The translations under genes were made by a program, and so were the position numbers. DNA of 59,948 nucleotides, taken from positions 1-59,948 of IMG/VR virus record IMGVR_UViG_3300044513_000342; one strand, given 5' to 3'. The notes under the pieces are model-generated. The model did not search any database. It was not told the DNA's origin and was given only the letters and a program-made list of their open reading frames with translations. Each line of letters opens with the position of its first letter. Positions within the stretch are counted from its first letter, which is position 1. This stretch comes from a virus. Its lineage: Duplodnaviria > Caudoviricetes. Below are positions 16,571-24,400 of the stretch, piece by piece.

Positions 16571-17323
16571 TTAGAACTTTAAACCAGGGACTACATCTTG
16601 TCTAAGACCTTCTGGACTTACTCTTCCCTCTTCCTCTGCTTGAGTGAGAGGCATTGGGACTCCCATGTAATCCTCATATAGTCTATTTAGTTGTCTAATA
16701 GTAGTACAATTATAGAATTCTGTTTTGAGAGCAGATGCTTTTACATACAAATCTTTAACGGACTTATTGTAAAAATCTCTCTTCTGAATAACTAGAGTTT
16801 TTAAATTTTCTACACTATCACCCTTTGCTTCTGCTAGTTCCGATAAAATATAGTCTGTTCCGTTCTCTACATCATCTTTTAAGAACTCCCAAACTTTCTT
16901 TTCTAGATCTACAGCACTGTCATCTAGTGCCTCGAATCTGGTGTTGAAAGTGTCTTCAATAATGATCTTAGCAAAGAGTTTCATTGCTCTGAGAATAGTA
17001 TTATATCTTTTCTCCGTCATGGGGACAGCAACTTTTGGTCCCTGTGTCATGTCAGCATAGGAAAGATTGTCAAACTCTTCGTTATCTCCAACATCAGACG
17101 CAGCAACTTTGATGGTCGAACGAATGTCTCCCCAACTTCTTAAACCAAATACCGCAACTTCTCTGGTTACTTCTACAGCATATCCTGGTAGTGCCGCAAT
17201 AGAATTTTTATCTTCTACATGAAGAGAAAAACAAGACCATTCTAGAACATTACCAACAGGTTCAAATGTTCTGGAGGTTGCTGCGTCGTAATCGTTCTTA
17301 CAAATAAAATATCTTCTGCTCAT
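16571..17323 (-). CDS. Hypothetical protein, possibly a fibre assembly chaperone
   Basis: 250 aa with a helical C-terminal half; directly follows the virion-type gene 17325..18467. Confidence 0.75.
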   Translation of the reverse strand: MSRRYFICKNDYDAATSRTFEPVGNVLEWSCFSLHVEDKNSIAALPGYAVEVTREVAVFGLRSWGDIRSTIKVAASDVGDNEEFDNLSYADMTQGPKVAVPMTEKRYNTILRAMKLFAKIIIEDTFNTRFEALDDSAVDLEKKVWEFLKDDVENGTDYILSELAEAKGDSVENLKTLVIQKRDFYNKSVKDLYVKASALKTEFYNCTTIRQLNRLYEDYMGVPMPLTQAEEEGRVSPEGLRQDVVPGLKF

Positions 17324-17324
17324 T

Positions 17325-18467
17325 TTAGACTCCTGTGTAACCCGTTGCTAATGTACCATACTCAATTCCAGCTGCAGATGCTCTACCACCTGGACCTGTG
17401 GAGTTCAGAGAAGAGTTAAATGTGAATGAGTGAGTGGAATAGTTAAATGATCCTCCCGTATTGTTCTGAGCACCATTATACATACCGTTCATAAAACCAT
17501 AATCCATTCCAGTGTGGAAAGTTTCTTCTCCAGTAGCTCCTGGTTTACCAACAGATTGAAGGTTGGAACCTGTAGAAGTATCCCTTCTTGTCATAGCAGT
17601 TCCTGTCTGATAACCACCTGCCTCATTCCAGTAAGAAAAACCTTTTCTAGATGAAACAGTTTTGTTAGTTCCGTCTGTACCTGGAGCACCACCCCATCCA
17701 GACCAAGATTGAGTTGCCCATGTGAATATATAAGCGTTGCCACCTTGCTTATACATTCCATTATCTTCACCATAACCACAAGCAGGGTTGTCTCCACCAG
17801 AACCACCAGAACCACCAACGGTAGTAACGGTGTCGTTTGTTAAATCATATCTGTCTGGAGAGTCGTTGTTGTTTCCACAAACATAAGCATACTTAAAGTC
17901 TCTCTTCATAACAGAAGTTCTGTTTCTGGAAGTTGACATGTTAGTCGCTGTTCCAGCATTGGTTTCTGTAGTCATACTGAATGTAGAAACTTGGTTACCA
18001 GTACCATTCCATGAACCAGCAGTACAGAAAACATATGCTCTCATGCTAGAACTTTGAGCACCAGCAGTATATGCGTCAGATGATGTCAACAAGTCTCCAA
18101 GGTTTGACATGGTGAATGTTGAGTGCGTACAACGATTTACGTTTCTCCAGGAAGAAGATGACTGATAACCCGCTGCTGGATATCCTCTAGTAATAGCAAA
18201 TCCTTCTTCGAAGTTAACAATAATTTCCCAATATGCATTTGTACCGTCTGATTTTAGTACAGCACCTGCAGTGGAACCTTCTTGTCCCACTGGGACTTGT
18301 TCTGGTAACGTAGAGAATGGTTGACCATTAACTAACAAATCATTATTACCAATGTCAATATCGCCACCAAAAGTTACAGAACCGTCAGTGTTTAATGAAA
18401 TGTTTGGTGTAGTAGAACTTCCTGCAGCCGTATATTTAAGCTGGTCTACTCTTAATTCAGATGCCAT
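17325..18467 (-). CDS. Putative tail-fibre tip/virion protein with a beta-propeller-like C-domain
   Basis: MASELRVDQLK N-terminus, VLKSDGTNAYW fibre motif, and Gly/Ser/Thr-rich blade-like repeats. Confidence 0.7.
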   Translation of the reverse strand: MASELRVDQLKYTAAGSSTTPNISLNTDGSVTFGGDIDIGNNDLLVNGQPFSTLPEQVPVGQEGSTAGAVLKSDGTNAYWEIIVNFEEGFAITRGYPAAGYQSSSSWRNVNRCTHSTFTMSNLGDLLTSSDAYTAGAQSSSMRAYVFCTAGSWNGTGNQVSTFSMTTETNAGTATNMSTSRNRTSVMKRDFKYAYVCGNNNDSPDRYDLTNDTVTTVGGSGGSGGDNPACGYGEDNGMYKQGGNAYIFTWATQSWSGWGGAPGTDGTNKTVSSRKGFSYWNEAGGYQTGTAMTRRDTSTGSNLQSVGKPGATGEETFHTGMDYGFMNGMYNGAQNNTGGSFNYSTHSFTFNSSLNSTGPGGRASAAGIEYGTLATGYTGV

Positions 18468-18491
18468 GAATACCGAGATCTCCTATCGTAG

Positions 18492-18499
18492 TATTTATA
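18492..18499 (-). promoter_or_regulatory. Late promoter TATAAATA (exact T4 consensus) heading the six-gene cassette
   Basis: Exact TATAAATA 24 nt upstream of ATG 18467, overlapping the upstream TAA. Confidence 0.8.
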
Positions 18500-21400
18500 C
18501 AATGTTCCAGCTACCACCGTCAGCAACAGTGATTACAATGCCATTATTTATTGTAATCGGTCCAAAACTGCCAGCATTATATCCAGTTGGAATTGTGATA
18601 TTTTCATCAACAAAGTTTCTGTTGGACTTAAATGTTCCATAAGTATCTAACCACTGTTTGATACCGTTAGCATAGAGAACTCTATTGTTTGCTTGGTTAA
18701 CAAAGTCTTGACCTTCAATGTTAACAGAACCAAGAACATGTAATTGATATGTTGGATCTGCTTTGTTAACACCAACTCTAGACAATCTATAAATGTCAGA
18801 CCCGTTAGATGCTTCAGTCCATCTGGATGTTACGAACTCGGCGTTGTTCTGGAACAACTGACCGTTAAAGTTAACATCACCTTGGACGTTGAACTTGTAG
18901 TTTCTAACTGTAGATCCATCAGTTGGATCAACACCAGACGTAGCAGTAGTGTTAATTGTGACTGCGTTATTAACGCCACTGATTCCTAGAGCAGGAGATC
19001 CAGTAAAGTTGGTGTTTCCCGCAGCATCCGAAGATTCGAATGTGAAGAAGTTGTTGGATTGGGTGTTACTGCCAACTCTCCAGTATCTTGTAGCAGTGTT
19101 ATTTTGGAAGTTAATTGCACCAGCACTGGTGTTAACCAATGTAATGGAATTGGTATTCTGCTGATTTCTCGCATTGTCCCAAATTCTAGTTCCATTAATT
19201 TGATAACCAAATGGAGCATCAACACCAATATCATCTAAGATTCTGAATTGAATTTTATTTCCATCTTCTGGTTCAATAAAATCAAGACCTTCTGGAGTTG
19301 CCGTGATTGCCATATCGGCAGTAGCAGGAGTTCCTCCATCAGAAGTTCCATCAAAGTAAATTGTTGGATTTGTATTTCTGATGAAGATATCTCCTCTAAT
19401 ATCCAGAGCTGCTAGTGGATTGGTTGTATTGATACCAACTTCATTGGAAGATGCATCAACAAACAATACGCCACTATCAACATTGAGGTCATCAACTACA
19501 GTGACAACACCTGTTAGTGTCGATGTTCCACTAACACTGAAGTTAGATCCAGCACCAGTAATAGTCAGCGAACCAGTCATGGTATCGCCTGCCTTAAGAA
19601 CGTTCAGGGAAGCAGAACCAGTTAAGTTTGCCGTAATTGTACCAGCGGAGAAATTGCCATTTGCATCACGCTTGACCGCAGTATCAGCAATGTTTGCAGA
19701 CTGGAATTCAATGTTTCCAGAATTCCAAACAACGTTACCATTTACATTCAGACCATTAGCATTTGCTACCAGAACGTTTAGAGTACCAGAACCATCAGTT
19801 GCGTTACCACCAGTAGCAATGATAGCGGCGTTATAGTTGCTAGGTGCTAGCTGTGCGCTGGTGAAGTATAGAGCAGGAGACGTAGCAATACCATCAGATC
19901 TACCAAGTCTTAGGTTTGCAGTACCACCATCAGACTCTAACTTTGCTACTTCTACAATGTTGTCGTCATCAATAGAGAAATCTTGGAATGGTTCTCTAAT
20001 TGCTGCAGTACCAATAGTTTCCGCACCAACAAAGTTACCAGTGGTTAGACGACCAACGATAATCGTATAATCATTAAAATTGTCTGTAGGATCATCATTG
20101 ATAATCAAGTTATCAATTGCAATTGTGCCAGTGCCCTGAGCATTTGCATTGTATAAGTTGACGTTTGTACCAGGAGTAAATGGAGACGTATTTAAGACTC
20201 TACCAGAAATGTAAATCCTATACTTAGGATCGCCGTTAAAGGATTGGACAGTAAGTGCGTCTCTAACCTTGGTAGCACTGATAAATCCTGGTAGTCTATT
20301 ATCAGAAATAGTGCCATAGTTAATGTTTAGTGCATTCTGATACCAAGTAGCTTGTCTGTTATCAAGTCTGTCAGCATCTAGACCAGATCCAGGACCATCA
20401 TTTAGAGAGGTCCACATCTTTGCCCAAGAACCGAATGCAGTAACACCAGTTCCAGAACCACGCAACCAGATGTTGTCGTTGTCGGTGAATGCCATTTGTC
20501 TGACACCACCTTCAGCGGTTAGACCTTGACCTTTGTTTCTAATTGTAAGAACAAGGTGCTGTGTTCCACCGTCGTTAAGTTGGTCTGCACTATTATTAAT
20601 AGTATTAGCAACTAGACCCTCAACAAAGTTATTTGGAGTTGGGTTGGAAGTTGGGTTATTTGTACCAGTAACCAGACGTAGAGTATTACCTGACGTACCA
20701 GAAATACTGATATTATAAGTACCAGCAAGTCTATCTGTTGGTAGTGTACCAGCATTCTGGTTGCTAGAGTTTAGATAGAATGAACCTTGTTTTGTATCAA
20801 GTAGGTCAGCGTCAAGACCTGATCCAGGACCAGTCTTAAGTTCGATAGAACCATTACCAGCAGAACCAATATTAAATTGATCTTTCTTAAATCTAGAAAC
20901 ACCAATCGTTCCGTATAGATCAGACGAAATTGTTAGCTCAGTAACTCTTTGAACGTCAACTGCTACGTTTGCATATTGTCTGTTAACGGTGGAGATCTTT
21001 GCTTCCAACACCATTGAAGATCCAGAACCAATTTCTGGTGGTGGAGAAACAATAGTAAAGTCTGAGTTATAACCAGTACCACCCGCAGTAACAGTGAGGT
21101 TAGTAATAGTATTACTAGAAACAACAATGTTTGTTTTTAACCCAGTTCCAGTACCACCACTTAGTTCAACGTCAAAATACTGACCATCGGTAAATCCACT
21201 ACCTCCATTGGAGATAATAATGTCATCAACAAAGTTTCCTTGAGTGTAGGAAGATTCGAAGATAATTGGAGAAGCACCACGCTCAAACTCGATGATTGTT
21301 CCAGCGTTGATTGTTTGAGTTAGTGGGTTGTTCAACGAGATAGTTGTTAGACCAGCAGCGGTAATAACACCAGTAATATTGGTATTTGCTTGAATGCCAA

Positions 21401-24400
21401 CTACACTATTAACAACTTCGTGTCCGATGAGAACATCGGAATTAGTTTGGAAAATAAGTTGACTAGATCCAGAACTTGCTGTACTGTATAGTTTGTCAAA
21501 GTATCTAACTTCAGCACCCTTGAGTGATTGAACTGCAAGAGCCCAGTTTTGGTCTCCCCTCAAGAATGTGAAGGAGTTTGCAGCGCCGCCACTTGCAAGT
21601 CTGTCTGTTTCGATGACACCAGATGTGATGTCAGAAGCAGCAATCTGGTTAGAAGATAGAGATACCCAGTTGTTATTATTGTTAGAAGATGTATTAACAA
21701 CTCTTGTAATATTGACAGTAACTGCTGGAATATCACTAGAATCAATAGTATCAGTATCTTCCAATAGAATTCTATTAACAACATCACCATAAAGTCTGCT
21801 TTCAATCAACGCAACAGCGGTTGCCTGCGTTCCAGAACCTTGTGGTGCAGCAATGGTAACAGTAGGAGCAGCAGTATACCCTTTACCACCTAGATATCCG
21901 TTATAAACAACGATGTCTAGAGTTACAACTTCTCCATTAGCGATAGACGTAACAGCTCTAGCTTCTACGCCACCCTGCTGTAGAGTTCCAGAGATTGTTA
22001 CAGTTGGAGGTTGAGTATATCCAGAACCGCCGTCTGTAATGTTCAATCTATATACAACACCCTGTCTATATTCAGTTGCCTGAATACGACCACCACTTAG
22101 ACTACCAGTAAAGATATCATTTAAAGTAAACTGAATAGTTGGATCGGGAGCAAACGCAGCAAACAAACTATCCAGATCATTGTTTAGAATGAAGGACTGC
22201 GAGGTGTCTTGCTGAATAGCAATGTCACCAGCAAGTGCGCCTTCAATAGCAAGTCTTTCTGTCTGGTTAGCAACAGTGTAGACCTCAAACGGTCTGAGTG
22301 CTGGGATTTGGTCTACAGAGATCTTACCAGAATCAGTAAGTTCAACCAGTGCTCTAGGAACAGCGTTTGTGGAGTATGGTTTGTTGATATATGGACCAAG
22401 GTTGTTAGTGATGTAATCTCTAACTGCCTTCTGAGTAGGTAGAACAGAGTTACTGGTTGCTGCTCCACCCAGTGTGTTGTCAGCAGAGAATCCAGTAACA
22501 ACAACGTCTCCACCTTTCAGTTTCAAGAATTCAACTTCAGAGATCGTAACAGTACCAGTGAAGGTAATATTACCAGTTCTATTCTCAATCTGTGCAAACG
22601 TACCAACCTTGAAGTCACCAAGTTCGTCAGTACCAGAGACATATACACGTCCGTAATCTTCAGATACTTGCTCGTTTGCTTCAACTTTAGTACCACCGTT
22701 TTCTGGTAGTGCTAGGTAGTTGGTTCCAGAACCAGCAAATTCCCAAGTGTGGGAAGAGGAGTTAACGATGGAAGGTCTGTGTAGTCTGATAGTATAACCA
22801 GTCAAAGATCCAACAGAAATTGGAAGACCAGTTGCACTATCGGTAAGATCCATAGGCTGTCCCTGTCCATCATCGATGGTTAGTTCAGCGGCAAACGGTG
22901 GACCAGCACCAACTGCGCCAACAGAATCGATGAAGTATTCAATTCCTTCAGCAGTGTTTTCAATACCATCAATCTTGACAACATAGTGTTCTAGTGGTTC
23001 TCTACCTAGACCATCAACGTTGAAAATTGTTCTTCCTGTTGGAGTTGCAGATACGTTGGTAATTGTAGCAACGTCAAAAGAATATGCTTCTCTTCTATAT
23101 CCAATACCACGGAGAGCGTAGATACCAAAGTTAGTAGCAGAGTTGGTGATAGAGCAATAACCACCAGACTCAGCAAGTACACCGTCAGCACAGAAGATAA
23201 CGAAGACAGAAACCAACTGAGTGTAACCATCTTCAATAACCTTATATCCTGTACCACCAAAGGAGACAATCGTGAATGCCGCAGCAACCATCGACTTACC
23301 CTGGTTGGGGAAGGATGCAGAACCGTCTAGTTCTAGACCAGGGAAAGGACAGTTGGGTTGCTTGACCTTAGAACCATCAACCAGAGCACCGCCACCACCT
23401 AGGAAGGAGATAACAGAAGAGTTCTGGGTGTATGGTGATGCTTCAATAATTGGGTAATCATCATAGATACCACGAACTGCCATTCTTACATTATTCAAAT
23501 CATAAATGTAAGAATCTGGATATGTAATAATTTGTGCGGTATCATAAAGAGTTCCAGTGTTTTCTACTGTAACTCCTGGTTGAATCGCTTGTGGATCTGA
23601 TGGATTCTCTCCATATAACAAAATGTTGTCTAGGAGAGTCATTAATGTGTCAATAGACGCGGCTACATTGGCACAGTCTGGAGATCCAGGATCAGAAAGA
23701 ATAGTATTATCAGTAAATTGTGGAATTACAGAAAGTGGAGATACAATAGCGTTTCCATTTCCATCGGTCCAATTACGCATTGCTGCTGTTGCATTCAATT
23801 TAACTCTCTGGAATGCAAGTCTAGTCGCTGGTAATTCGCTTGATGGAACACCAGTTAGAGCAGTTCCTGTAAAGTATGAGTTTGCATTGTTCAGAGTTCC
23901 ACTATTGCCACCTAATACTAAGTCTCTGATCAATCCGCCAATAATATAATTAATATCTCTGAGACATTTTCTTTCATCGATATTGTTTAACCCTAGTGCT
24001 GGGTAGGATACTAGAGTCTCTTTGTATGATGCATCCGCAATCAAGTCTCTGTTTCTTGCAATTAAATATGCTGCATCTAGATAAGTTCCAGAGGCATTAT
24101 TGCCAATAACGTCTACCCAAAGATATGCTAATGTATCGATAGCAGATCTTACATTATCACAAGCAGGAGATCCAGCTGTTGCTGTAATTACAGTATCATC
24201 AAAGTATCGTGTGATAGAAGAATACTGTGGTGTATAAACTGGATCACTTGCAGTTCTGTTACCAGTTCTCCAGTTACACATCGCATAGATTGCTAGTTCT
24301 CTAGCATACTCAATTGCTCGTACAGTCTGGATAATTTCATTCTCAACATATCCAATCTTAGCGCCTACAATATACTTCTCAGCAGCTTCGACGATATTAT

